The notes under the pieces: model-generated
Told to the model about the DNA's origin: nothing
The model's database searches: none
What the model saw: only the letters and a program-made list of their open reading frames with translations
Source of the DNA: Podospora anserina
Taxonomy: Eukaryota
Assembly (NCBI GenBank): GCA_017654855.1
Contig: CM030337.1
Coordinates: 2,356,001-2,420,000 of the forward strand
Length of the DNA stretch: 64,000 nucleotides
Direction of reading: 5' to 3'
In this document: positions 49,336-60,779 of the stretch, piece by piece
Position numbering within the stretch: position 1 is the first letter of the stretch
Layout of the letters: every line of letters starts with the position of its first letter
Position numbers and translations under genes: made by a program

Positions 49336-50658
49336 GTGGTGTAGAGCGTTTGCACGCACGCGTTTTGTTCTCTGTTTCTCTCCTGGTTTACTGGGATTTT
49401 CTCACTTGCGTTTTTACGTTGCACCAAGTATACCCAACCTCTTTTTTGTTTTGTTTTGTTTTGATGCTATTCGGACCCCGCATTGCAACCGACGACGACG
49501 AATCTACAAGAACGCGTTTATGTTTTTTTGGCCACGGGAATGGAGGAGGTGGAGAAGGCAGGCCTATTTATACCCTCCAAGAAAGAGAGACAATACCTTG
49601 GCACGTTACCGCATCAGTGCTTGATATGTTATGCCTTTTCTTTGCTTGGATGTCGGTGGAGGGGGAGAGGGATGGGAGGAAGCTGGGGCTGGAACGTGGT
49701 CACGGAGGGATGTTGACTAGGTTTTTCTTTTCTTCCCCTGTTGAGTTGCTTCAGTTGTGATGGATGGAATGAAATGAAATGTACATGTGTTTATGGCAGG
49801 CGGGGATAACAAAAATGATGAATTGTGATTTTCCTTCTCTGGCTCTTTACGTTTTTGTGTCTCCGATGGGGAACAGTATGGTCTTGAGTGGTTGGAGAGA
49901 TCGGAAGGTGGTTGAGGGCAGGGGATGGTGGATGAATGCGGTGGGGCTTTGACACTTGTTTCTTGGTTGCGGAGTAGACAGATGGATTTGCTTCTTGTTG
50001 GGGGTAATTGAGAAGATGGTTTGTTTTTGATGACCGGGTTGTGTTCATTGATGCTCTTTTGTGGTATTGCGTAGAGGGAAGCTTCCTTTTGCTCCCTGTG
50101 CATCTATCCCTTTTCGCATGCACATATCCACATCCGATCAAGAAACCACAACGAAGGTGATAACCCCAGCCTTACTCCAAGAGATCCCACATCACAAAGG
50201 CCACAACCCAGAACCTCGGAGGGACGGACATATTGACCAAAAAGTTAATTTTCGAAAAAAAAGCACCGCCATATTCGTTCGCTCCTTTGCCCAGCAGATT
50301 CGTCCCAAGAAATACACACAAAAGGTTGGAAAAAAAAGACCCGCCCACAACCGAACCCAGTCCCGGCGAATTCCCCCCCCTTACCCAAACTCCGTCCAAG
50401 AATAGACACACGAGAAAAACAACACAACCTTGCCTTCCCCCAGAGAAAATGCACCTATAACACCCTCCTTGCCCTTAAGCCGTCATCTCCCGGCAGAGAA
50501 AAGCCAAAACTATAAACACAAGACATTAAAAATCAGTGGTATCAAACACCCCCTCCCTTGTCGCATCAGAAAAAAAGCACCCGCTTTTTATTTCCCGAAC
50601 CCTTTCTCATACAACATCAGACGTAATCATCGCCAAAGCAGCAGCCACAAAACACCCC

Positions 50659-52044
50659 TCAAACAACAACATGACTGCTCATATGCTCCACCGCCTCCTT
50701 GATCGTCCTCAGCATCCTCTTGTTCAGACAAAACGGACACCTGACCGGGTTCTCCACCACCGACACCGGCGCCCCGCTAGGGATCGGTGTGAGCGTCAGT
50801 TCTTCCCCTTGCTGTGCACCACCACCAGCGTTCCCACCGCCATTAGCAGTCTGAGGTTGTTGCGGTGTCTGCTGCTGCGGTTGGACTTGCTGCGGTTGGA
50901 CTTGCTGCGGTTGGACTTGCTGCGGTGTATTCGGCGCAAACTGCGGTTGCGCCGGAGGAGCCTGTTGCGGTTGTGCCCTCGGTCCGACGCTCGCGTTGCG
51001 AGTCCCCGGGTTGGGGGTCGTCAAGCCAGCTGCGTTCATGGCGTGCTGGGCGTAGGCTTGGTTGGCTATCGCGCCTAGGGCAGGTAAGCCGTTGTCAACG
51101 GTGCGATCGCCGCCGCTTTGGGGTTGTTGATGGTCAGGGGTGACTCCGGCGAGGTTGGCGGCGCCGCTGACGCTGTTCTCCTCCTGTTGCTGATAGACAC
51201 GGAGTGCATTCTGAAGCACGACTTCTGGGTCTTCTTCTGAGTGGAAAATTCCCGTATTTTCTGCATTGCCACCCATGGGATTGTTGTTTGGTGTTCCCGG
51301 CCCGCCGTCGGGGGAAGGGTTGTGTTGACGGCGGAGGACCTCCTCTTTGACGCGCTCGCATACTTCCAGAGTGGTCATTACGCCGAGGAAACGTTGGAGG
51401 TATTCCATAACCGTTACTGGGGGAAGGTCGGCGTTCACGTTGAGGTAACGAGGAAGGTTCTCGGCGAGGTAGGGGATGTCGTCGCCGAGGTTTTGGAGGG
51501 TTGTGGTCCCGGGGGCTGGATTGCCGCCTTCGCTGCTAGTTGGGCGACGCTGGCGTCTAACTAGGAGGCCGTAACGTTTCTTGAAGCGGTGGATCCATCC
51601 GGGGGAGAACTCGGGCGCGGGTTCGTCCTTGTATCGGGGGAGCTGATGGTAGATTGTCTTGGCTTTGTCGGCGAGCTCTTCGTTGGAGGGCTGGCGGCCA
51701 TTGGCGAGCATTTGCTGGTGCCAGAGGAGAACAAGTTTCTCGACGTCGGGCCAGTTGCCAAAGCGCAGACGGGAACCCGAGAGCTGGGGGTCGCCGTCGA
51801 GACGGGCATACTTGGGGGAGAGGGAGTGTGAGACGGTAGACTGAGAGATGGTTTGCTGGTACTGGCTGGCAAACCAGTCAATGCAGGCCTTATGGCTGGG
51901 GCGGACAGGCTGCGAGTTGGCCCATCGGCGGAGGGCGCGTCGCTGGTCGAGGGTGAGGGAGTGGCGCTCTCGCGTGGCCGAGCCGGGAGTTGACCCGATC
52001 TGGTCCATGGACTCGAGGGGCACGTCAGGCTTCATGGCCGACAT
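50659..52044 (-). CDS. CENP-B-type HTH DNA-binding protein with Q-rich region and C-terminal C2H2-like finger
   Basis: RHSLTLDQRRALR..ISQSTVSHSL, R.GNWPDVEKLVLLW, FSPGWIHRFKKRYGL; PQQVQ repeats; CPFC-x14-HMSSH. No DDE domain. Confidence 0.85.
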   Translation of the reverse strand: MSAMKPDVPLESMDQIGSTPGSATRERHSLTLDQRRALRRWANSQPVRPSHKACIDWFASQYQQTISQSTVSHSLSPKYARLDGDPQLSGSRLRFGNWPDVEKLVLLWHQQMLANGRQPSNEELADKAKTIYHQLPRYKDEPAPEFSPGWIHRFKKRYGLLVRRQRRPTSSEGGNPAPGTTTLQNLGDDIPYLAENLPRYLNVNADLPPVTVMEYLQRFLGVMTTLEVCERVKEEVLRRQHNPSPDGGPGTPNNNPMGGNAENTGIFHSEEDPEVVLQNALRVYQQQEENSVSGAANLAGVTPDHQQPQSGGDRTVDNGLPALGAIANQAYAQHAMNAAGLTTPNPGTRNASVGPRAQPQQAPPAQPQFAPNTPQQVQPQQVQPQQVQPQQQTPQQPQTANGGGNAGGGAQQGEELTLTPIPSGAPVSVVENPVRCPFCLNKRMLRTIKEAVEHMSSHVVV

Positions 52045-53068
52045 GGTGCTCGCTCCTCTGAATGGGAGCTGGTAAAAAGGCGATAAACGCCCTTTTGTCG
52101 GCGCAATGGAGCGCGGGGGGTTATATATGCAATGGCGGGCGAGACGAAGCTCTCGAATGCTTGGCTAGCCCCGATGCGAAATCGCTATCTGTGTGTATGG
52201 CGATTCGAGACAATTGAATATGCGGCGATGGCTGGTCTGGTGATCGTTGTAATGAGGTGTTGTGGAGGGCAAAAAAGTCGGCAAAGCGGGGAGCTACACG
52301 TGCACCACAACAATTGAGTTCGGTTAGTCAGCTGCCAGTGTGACTGACAGTTGTGGCACAACATCTGATTGGATGGCGCAGAAGGACGCATCGCCAACTT
52401 GCATGAGGCCACCACTTGCATCCACGACATTGCAAGCAATGAAGTTCTCATCATTACGCACGAAGCAGAATTCATCATGTTGGCTTCTAAGGTCTGTCCT
52501 CATGTAAATAGCAAGGCGGCCGAGTATCTATCGTCATTGCTTTCAAGAATGTAGTCATATGGCCCCTTTGAATCCTCTCATTCCCACCTCGTTTTCGTGA
52601 TTGCATAAGCCACCAGGTAGGTAGACACCCCGTCTTTCCGGTAACCAGAACCACTGTCTGCGCAAGAGCTTCAATATGTGCATTGCTAGACTAACACTCT
52701 TCCATACTGGTGTCCATCGCGATTCTGCAAGGGGATAAGAACCTGTTCGGCATCACTCCACGTTTCTGTTGTGATTGCACCAACTAGCCGACAGTTGTTT
52801 GTTTTGAAGTTTGTAGTGCAGCACGTCGATCTTCGACCCTAGCCAAGTCCGTGCCTCCTCCGCATATCTCCACTTTGCCCAACGACATCCGTACTCTAAT
52901 GATCGCCGGTCCCGGTCCCGGTCCCATAGCGGGACTCCCGTCTCACAGATCAAACACAAGCAATCGCTTCGGGCCAAAGCTACAATACAACCATTTGTCA
53001 TCGACTTCTCAACGCCATGCTATCGACTAAGGTATCGTCGCATCCCTGTTACTAACTAAAAAAGTCCC

Positions 53069-54304
53069 TCAAGAAGTCTTCTTCTCTGGCGTAGGACTCC
53101 TGCCCCGAGCCTCATAGTGTTCCATCTTCACTGCCTGCTCATCTTCAAACTCACGCTCCTGTGCCTCCTTCATCTCTCTCGATCTGGTGGAGATCGTTTG
53201 CATCTGCATCGATGTTAGCTTGCTGTCCAAACTTCACACGATGCACAAATAGAAATGTCACCGAACTTACCCCTTGGCGGATGCGCATGTCAGCAGACAC
53301 GTCTATCAACAGCTCTCTCATTGCTTTGTTCTCAAACTCGAGAACCTTCAATCTATTCTCAAGAAACTGGAACTGTGTCTTTACATGTCCCCAAATATTA
53401 TCAGAATCCTCGGTGGTCGACTGCTCCAACATTTGCAAGCCTTGATCAACCAAGATGACACCAGCATTGGCAACCAGTGAACCCATGCGAGGATCTTTCT
53501 GACATGTGCCAGAGTCACGACACAACTCAGTCGCAGTCATGCCCTCCTTGTTGACGGTCCACAGGATATCGCGCACCAGCTCCTCAGGCTCGGTCTTCAA
53601 AACAGTGTCCAACTCCTCGATCTGATCGATGAACTTAGCACATGGGAAAACGGGCAAGGTCAAGGAAAAATGAAGGCAAAGACTTGCAGAGGTGTGCCCG
53701 GTGAGGCTGAGACCGCTCACCAAGGCAGCGGCAGAGTCGGCGACATCTTAATCAACAGCCTAAAGCCCGCCAGTAAAGTGCACAAAGACAAAAGCTGGTA
53801 AGTCCCATCACAGATTGCCACCCTCGCCCAATCAGTGCTTCACTCTGGACACCTGAATCCTGCCCCGTCCAAGAGCACAGACCCTGAACGTTCTGGTTAG
53901 TCACTCCCCCACATGCTTCAAGAAGCTCGGGGGATAAGGAGACCATTGATGGTATCAGCATCGGCGAATAGCCGGGCCAGCGTACACACCCCACTACCGT
54001 ATGCCGGGGTTGAGCCAGAGTCACCTCGGAACTTGTTGATGAGGTTGGCCCCAACAACACCATTCAAGAACTGCAAGCCACGCCAATTGCGGGAGAGTGA
54101 AACCACCAAGGCGAAAAGTCCCTGGCAGTTCGGTAGACCCTCAAAGAGATGATGCCCCTCGCAAAATAGCTGAGATCGAAGGCTTGAGGAGAATGTGAAG
54201 AAGTGATGTTCCACAAGAGGCTGGTTGGGCAAAGGACTGGGAAGGATGGCAAAGAAGATGTCGGGCGAAGAACTTACCATTTGGTCTTGGTCGAATGAGG
54301 CCAT
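53069..54304 (-). CDS. Small coiled-coil protein B (170 aa, three exons, 656-nt first intron)
   Basis: Exons 54304-54278 (MASFDQDQM), 53621-53271 and 53203-53069. Intron 54277-53622 (GTAAGT...GCTAAG...CAG) and intron 53270-53204 (GTAAGT...GCTAAC...CAG) are both phase 0 and give an open frame. Confidence 0.75.
53751..54279 (-). ncRNA. Candidate structured intronic RNA element, copy B
   Basis: Colinear homology to 12350-12896; complement of the 5' splice site at 53796-53804; conserved hairpins. Confidence 0.6.
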
Positions 54305-54462
54305 CGTCAGAGTCGCTCAAAGGGCGAAAGTGCTTGGGACGAGAGGAAGGCGAAGGTGATGATGATGGTGAAATGGTGGTGACTGAGAAGGATGGCGACG
54401 GGAGGCAGTGGTGGCAGGTCGTGGCCAACAGGGCGAGCAATTGTAAAATTTATTGGAAGTGG

Positions 54463-54510
54463 AAAGAATTGAAAGGGAAAAGAATTGAAAGGGAAAAGAA
54501 TTGAAAGAGG
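54463..54510. repeat. 16-bp tandem repeat x3 in the putative 5' UTR of gene B
   Basis: aaagaattgaaaggga twice, plus one imperfect copy. Confidence 0.85.
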
Positions 54511-54558
54511 AAATTTTTGCAAGAGAGAATTGAGGGGGAGATTGTGGGAGGGAGGAGT

Positions 54559-54568
54559 TGAATATATA
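54559..54568 (-). promoter_or_regulatory. Putative TATA box of gene B (TATATATTCA)
   Basis: The same tgaatatata string (plus strand) lies upstream of gene A at about 13109-13118. Both are followed on the coding strand by pyrimidine-rich leaders. Confidence 0.45.
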
Positions 54569-56349
54569 GCCGGTGGTCATGGGTCTTTGCGTGCCTGCAA
54601 ATTCCGGGAGCAGTTGTAAATAGTCTGTGCGTGGCCTATAGAATCTCAAGGACAATACCGTCGTCATCTTTGATGCCTTATTGCTCTTTCTGTTGTGGTC
54701 TTCTTTCAGTGCCTGCCGGTGTGGGAGCAACCTTGATGGCTGAGGATCAGACGACAATGGGATAAGTGGGCCCAACAGACGGCGTGGAATCTCCTGGATG
54801 CTGCTGCCATCAGCTCTGGGGCTAGATAGATATCCATGTTAAGTGGCAGTTTTGTATATCACTCAAGATCCAACAAGGCCAGTGCGATGTTCTAGTTCCA
54901 AGATTCTGGTCTAAGGGGGCTTTAACTCTGCTCTACTATCTCCTTCTAAACATCTCATCCTCCAGCTCATATTTAAAGTACCGTAGATGCTTAAAGAAAG
55001 TCTATATCTATTTCCCTACGATATCGGAGTGGAAAGATTATCCGAAGGCTTGCAACCCAGTGAGCTGAGACAAGTTGTGATGACTTCAAGACAAGTCAAA
55101 GCACTGGGTTGTCTATTCTCTCCTCAAATTTCAACCAACGTCCCCAGAAGCTCCATCTCAACATACATCCCCCTAAGTAGCAATCAAGATTGAAAGCGAA
55201 ATCACAGTTTTCCCATCTTGGAACCTATCTAAATCTTACCCCAGAACTTTACAAAAACTTCTCCCAGATTCATCCCAGAGTTCGCCCCCCAGCAATATTA
55301 GCAGCATGCACAAAGAAAACCAAACCTATTCCATCATTAAACAAAACCACCAAAAGAACGCCACCCCCCCCCCAACCCAGTCCAGGTTTCCATCCTGATT
55401 ACTACTACTATGAGAGTAAACCACCATTTAACACCACCTCCACAATTTGGGCATCCTCACCCCCTCAAGTCCACAATCCCAGCCTTGTTCCCCTTCGGGC
55501 GCCAGCGAGCCTCCCCATCACAGAAGTCAGAAGCTGAGCAGCCGGTCACGGCTAACGAAGAGCATACCGTCTGGTACCACTCGATCCCTGCATCTCTGTC
55601 CTCCACATCACTTTTCAACCAAGCAATGGCAGACTTGTTTTGAGCAGACTTGCTCCGAACAGTCTTGGGCTGAACAGTTTTGGCCTGCCGAGATGGGCAG
55701 AGTATCACCTGTTCGCGCTGCTGGATGTTGGGGGTTGGAATGCTGAGAAGGAGATGCCCGTCTGCGCCGGACAGTTACGGAGGGGCTGCTTAGAAAGGCA
55801 GCGACAGAATGCGTCCAAACCCACGACCAACAGCAGCGTGAGCAGTTGCCGATACTGTCATCCAAGCATATGGGAAATGAAAACAGCGGATTGAGACTTC
55901 GTTTCCAAGACAAGAAAGAGGAAAAGAAGTGCCAGCAACAATAGATCGACACAAAAGAGATAAGTGCGAGAACATCACAACCTGGAACAAATGGTCAAAG
56001 TACAATTGTGTTCAGGATGGATGGTAGGCTAGAAATATATAAAGTCAGGAGACAATCGATTTGATATAAACACCGTTCGCAGTGAAGATGCAAGAGTGGC
56101 AAAGATAAACACAGCACTGGGAAGACATCCGGAGAAATAGTAATGGCCTTTAGACACAACAAATAGGCCTCCGCAGATAGGCAATGCCCCTTGAGAGATA
56201 ACCTCTCGGCCTTTCCAGGTCGTCCAAGGGGTTCCGAAAAAGTATTTGCGGCCTCTGAAAATGTTGAAAAGGCCTTGTAATATAGTTCAAAGCCCCAAAA
56301 TGATTACCAAAGACGTCTTGCGAGATAGCCTTGAGGCATAATTATATTT

Positions 56350-56989
56350 TTCAAAGCCCTTCAACCTTATGCCAGTCTTTATTCTCCCACCTCGGCAACC
56401 TCCTCTCCAACCCCCCAACCAACACCACAACCACAATCCAGACTAACCTCTTCACCACCCGGTCCAACTCCCGCACATTCTCCAGCTCTATATCAGCTAC
56501 CTTGCTCGCGCTGGCGGGAGTGAAAAATCTCAGAGGAGGTAGGCTGGTCGGGAACAAAGACGTACTTTGCCTCCCGTGTGACCACTACGCAGGTGATCAA
56601 CATTGATGGGTATTATGAGCAGGTGAGGGAGTTGATCATTCGGTGTCCCAGGGCAAAGATGGTTTTATTGAGGTGGGGGGGCGGAGACGCAGTGTGCTGA
56701 GGGGGAGGGGTATGAGATTGAGGGGAGGTAGTGATTGCTTATCGGGTTGTGGTTGTCAAGAAGGTGGGATGGGTGGGGAGGGAGAAGAGGGTTGAGTTGG
56801 GGGGAGTATAGAGGGGAGGTAGGGAGATGGATGTTGGGTGATGATGAGGAGGTGGACAGGGAGGAGGGGATTGAAGTGGGGCATATGGACTTTGAACAGG
56901 AGGAAGAGGAGGAGGAGATGGGTATCAGGAGGGTTGTAGTTGAGAGTGAGGGGGGGGTGGTTTTGAGTATGGACGATGAGGTGGACTGA
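56350..56989 (+). pseudogene. Frameshifted hypothetical gene remnant with acidic C-terminus
   Basis: C-rich to G-rich skew like neighbouring genes. Coding-like segments lie in different frames with internal stops. Confidence 0.35.
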
Positions 56990-57158
56990 AATAAGGACGT
57001 GAGTTTCCATCATGGGTGTCTTTGATATCACACAAGAAACCAATCAACGCCACAAGAGTTATTACACACAGACATCCGCACGATTCGCGGCTCAACGGCT
57101 CAACATTCACCCATCTTAACAACGAGGTATCCTCCCACCCCTCCCATCGCTCCGCCCC

Positions 57159-57570
57159 CTACTCCATCCCCTTCCACTTCTTCCACTGGCCCTCCAACGG
57201 CTGATACCAACGCCTATCCCCCTTAAGTTCCTCACTCTTCACCCCCAAAACGTAACTCATCGCCCCATTCAACTCCTTCACCTGACTCTCCAAACTCTCG
57301 ATCCTAACCTTCAAGCCCTCGCCCTCAACCCTCAACTTCTCGCCCTCCCTCTTCAAAGCCGCATTCTCCTTTTGCATGTCCATGATGGCGGCGCGGTTCT
57401 GGATGTTGATGGTGCTGGTGTCGCTGTCGACCTGACGTTTGGCCTTGCGGAAGCGCTTGTACATGTGATGCATGCTTTTATAGGTAGACATGGCCCTGCG
57501 GGAGTTCTCCCGATCCACGTCGCGGGGACCGGGGGTTGGTGGCGGTGGGAGCGGCAGCGGTGACTTCCGG
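57159..57570 (-). CDS. Coiled-coil (bZIP-like) hypothetical protein, last exon; 5' exon uncertain (ATG candidate about 57793)
   Basis: Basic region HMYKRFRKAKRQ followed by a heptad run MQKENAALKREGEKLRVEGEGLKVRIESLESQVKEL. GCTGAC...TAG acceptor upstream. Confidence 0.55.
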
Positions 57571-58562
57571 CTAATATTGACAAGGTATGGTCAGCATAGA
57601 TCTTTGACGGTACATAATGCTCATGTTGAGTGACTGATTCCATGTCAGACAAGCCTTTCAAGTGAGGACCAGACATCCGGATAGGTGTATGACCAGTGCC
57701 TCAGTTTGTGTTCGTCCAACTCTTGTTTGAATTCAAGTGTGGCTGACGAGCGCGCTTCTTCGCCCGCCAGGTCGCATTCTTCGCGCGGACCATTTTTGAT
57801 TTGATCGACTGTAAACGCTCAGATCAGTAAATATCCCGATCAAAGTATCCAAAAAATTCAAAGCTTACTTGTTTGTGATCAAAAAAAATAAAAAGAAAAT
57901 AAAAAAACGTCGCGGGCTCTTTTGCTGTTGCTTTTCCTCGAGGTATCCCTCGTGCTCTCTTTCCTATCTAATCCGGAGCTATCCTTTCAACCAGATAGCT
58001 GGTCGGACTGGCTCGCTGAGACAAAAGCTGGGATGAGAGGGAAAAGGGGTTGAATGATTTCTTCTTTGCACCTGTTTGTATTTGAAATGCCTATTGAGCG
58101 ATCTGAAGAACCAGACAAAGACTGTTGATGGGAGCTTTTGAGGCGAGAGCCATATTGCAGGTGTAACTGAAATCGAAATCTCGGCTTGGATCGAAGCTTT
58201 CGTCGGGGTAGTTCATCGAGTCCAGCATCACCCAAAAGTCTAGACCTTTTCCTTTTCCCACCCGACGTGTGCAATTCAAAGCGATGTATATTGGAATACT
58301 CCCTGTCGACTCTTTCGCTTTGGCAGGGTGAAAGCTGAAGTCACGGATGTATTGCTTCTCACTGGCGTATAAAGAAATAAGAAAGTCAGAAGTATTATTG
58401 TTACTGATGCCTGTGATGCAGTGCGGGAAACACGGCCAATCAGGCATGACTGAACCGCTAAAGTACTCAGACAAGCCAAAGCCCTATGACAGAAAAAGAA
58501 ACCACCGCCCCCGTCCTTACCATCCAACACTGCCTCTCTCTGGTCAAAGGCCCCTGTCCTGA

Positions 58563-60779
58563 TCATTCAAACTCGATCCATTGTGTCTCCTCCATAAACC
58601 TCTGCACTTGCAGATCCCCTTGCAAAGCTCTCTCCAACACCTCCTTAACTGACTCCTTGTCACCCTCGATCTTGAGTCCGTCAAGAGTCTTGGCCCGAGA
58701 GAGGGCCACATACACCTGCTTGTCCTCAAAAACGTTCTCGAGATTGATAACAACACGCTCAAGTGTCATGCCCTGCGCCTTGTGAATGGTAAGGGCATAC
58801 CCAGCCATGAGCGGGATCTGTGCCCTCCAAACAGAAGAGTACGGGGCAGGATCCCCCACCTCGTTGACCAGGCATTCCGGAAGAATGGTGCGCTCAATCC
58901 CGTTCTGGAAGCGAACCACGGGCAACGCGATCATGCGGGGCTCCTCGGAGTTCAGGTTACGGCTTGCAAAAGTGCCGATTGCTTCTTTCTGAGTGTAGGT
59001 GAGTCCCGGTCTGCCTTCGAGCGTTCTCATCAAGGACCCAACACTGTGAGATTCGAAGTCGACAATGATGCCCTGGCTACCGTTGCAAAGACCCTCGCGC
59101 AGATTCAGATTGACGAGCAACAGAACTGACATGTCTTTCTTGAGCTTGAGAACCTTTTCAAACCGGTGATTGTCGTCTCCAAAGTTGATTACTCTGTGGT
59201 TCCTGTCATCCCCATTTTGTTCGAGTGCGTATTTATACTCCAGGTATCGATGGTTTTCTTGTATGTGGCGACCATCAGAACATTTGTACGAGAACTCCGG
59301 GCCTGGAAGCTTCTTAAAGGCCCTCTCATTTGTCTCGTAAACCTCTTCTCTTGTCGGCATCAAACGGACGGCGTCTTCAGTGCTGGACTCATGGTTCATT
59401 AGAATCTCAATGTCGGCTTGGCTGAAGGCAATGCCGGTTCGGCACTTTTCCAGCAAAGCTCTGAATTCTTCGTCTCGTTGGCGGTGTATCGTCTTGAGGT
59501 GAACATAGTTGAAGTTACACTTCTGCCATGCTGCGCTGGAGAATGCGAACTGGTCCTCAATTCTGAACTGGCTCTGGCGGCAGGCTCGATTGGCGCAAGT
59601 CTTGGTCGTGCTGAGCTCAAAGCCACACATAACACAGTGTTTGAACGGCTTTATCGGTGGAAGCTGGCAAAAGTCCCCCGTCACGATAAGTTGAATGCCC
59701 CCAAATGGTAACGATGCAGGGTCTGGCCCCGTGTGCCGGTCTTCTTCGGGGTCCCTTTTCCTAACGAATCTCAGCGCGCTATCCATTCTCTCAAAGAAGT
59801 TGCTCTCCACCATGCTGATCTCGTCGATAATGAGAGTGTGGACCCGACGGAGAGCTTTTCGAACTCTTTCATTGGCCTTTGTTACCCCGCATAGCTTGTC
59901 CAATGGCATCTTGTTAAAGTCCGGAGCCCAGCCCATGAAGGTCCAGGTGGTTGAGCCATTGATGGCCAAGGCGACAAGGCCAGTTGGGGCAATGACTTTG
60001 ACCACTTTGCCTTGTGCCTTTAGTCGCCGCTTAATCTCGTGCAGAACAGTTGATTTGCCACATCCAGCAGATCCGGTGTAGAAGATGTTTCTGCCTTGCT
60101 CCGCCAGTTTCACAACTGCTTCTTGTTCCGGGCACAGGGGAGGTCTTTCCTCCAGCACTGGCTCTGGTCCTGGGGTTGGCTCTTGCGGCTCTTGAGAATT
60201 GCTTGAAAGCTGCTGGGGGGAGACTTCATCGGGCACTTGATGCGGCGGAACAGAAACATGAGAACCCACCACACTGTTGTACTCTCGTCTCCGGCGCTCC
60301 GCCTCGACCAACTCGTAAATGGGCCACTGTGCCCCGGACCTGGGGTCGAAGCCATCAAGGCTTTGTTTTAATTGTTGATATTTGCTGACACAGTCTTTGA
60401 TGGCCTGGTTCCGACTTGGGTCGACAAAATGATCTAGGTAAGGGTCGGGTTCCGGGAGAAAATCGTGTTGAACCAGCGGAAGAGGCTCATATGTCCGTGA
60501 CTTTGGTTGCAGGACATGATCGAGCATTTTCCAGCCAGCTGCCAAGCGGGTGTACTCTCTCCTGTGCTCAGCTGCAAGAGTCAGAAGACGAATGACATGC
60601 TGAGAATCCAGATCGGCATCCTCAATATTGTCGATCTGCCTGCGGATCCTCCGCCATTCCTCTGCCGCATTCGAAGCTTGTGGGGTAAGGGGACGATTCC
60701 ATGGGTCAAACTCAACGGGTGTCGGTCGACCAATGCGTCCATGACTTGCATCGGGGCTGGCCCTTCTCTTCCTGCTCAT
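58563..60779 (-). CDS. PIF1-family (SF1B) DNA helicase, intronless
   Basis: FYTGSAGCGKS, APTGLVA, IIDEISM, FGGIQLIVTGDFCQLPP, IHRQRD, LCNGSQG, QIPL..GYALTIHKAQGMTL and YVALSRA. Start at 60779 or 60896. Confidence 0.95.
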   Translation of the reverse strand: MSRKRRASPDASHGRIGRPTPVEFDPWNRPLTPQASNAAEEWRRIRRQIDNIEDADLDSQHVIRLLTLAAEHRREYTRLAAGWKMLDHVLQPKSRTYEPLPLVQHDFLPEPDPYLDHFVDPSRNQAIKDCVSKYQQLKQSLDGFDPRSGAQWPIYELVEAERRRREYNSVVGSHVSVPPHQVPDEVSPQQLSSNSQEPQEPTPGPEPVLEERPPLCPEQEAVVKLAEQGRNIFYTGSAGCGKSTVLHEIKRRLKAQGKVVKVIAPTGLVALAINGSTTWTFMGWAPDFNKMPLDKLCGVTKANERVRKALRRVHTLIIDEISMVESNFFERMDSALRFVRKRDPEEDRHTGPDPASLPFGGIQLIVTGDFCQLPPIKPFKHCVMCGFELSTTKTCANRACRQSQFRIEDQFAFSSAAWQKCNFNYVHLKTIHRQRDEEFRALLEKCRTGIAFSQADIEILMNHESSTEDAVRLMPTREEVYETNERAFKKLPGPEFSYKCSDGRHIQENHRYLEYKYALEQNGDDRNHRVINFGDDNHRFEKVLKLKKDMSVLLLVNLNLREGLCNGSQGIIVDFESHSVGSLMRTLEGRPGLTYTQKEAIGTFASRNLNSEEPRMIALPVVRFQNGIERTILPECLVNEVGDPAPYSSVWRAQIPLMAGYALTIHKAQGMTLERVVINLENVFEDKQVYVALSRAKTLDGLKIEGDKESVKEVLERALQGDLQVQRFMEETQWIEFE

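Noticed and set aside
53918-54304. 128-aa ORF reading through the conserved intron of gene B
   Set aside because: The homologous region in A has frame-breaking indels and stops after about 32 intronic codons, and canonical splice signals give a better gene model.
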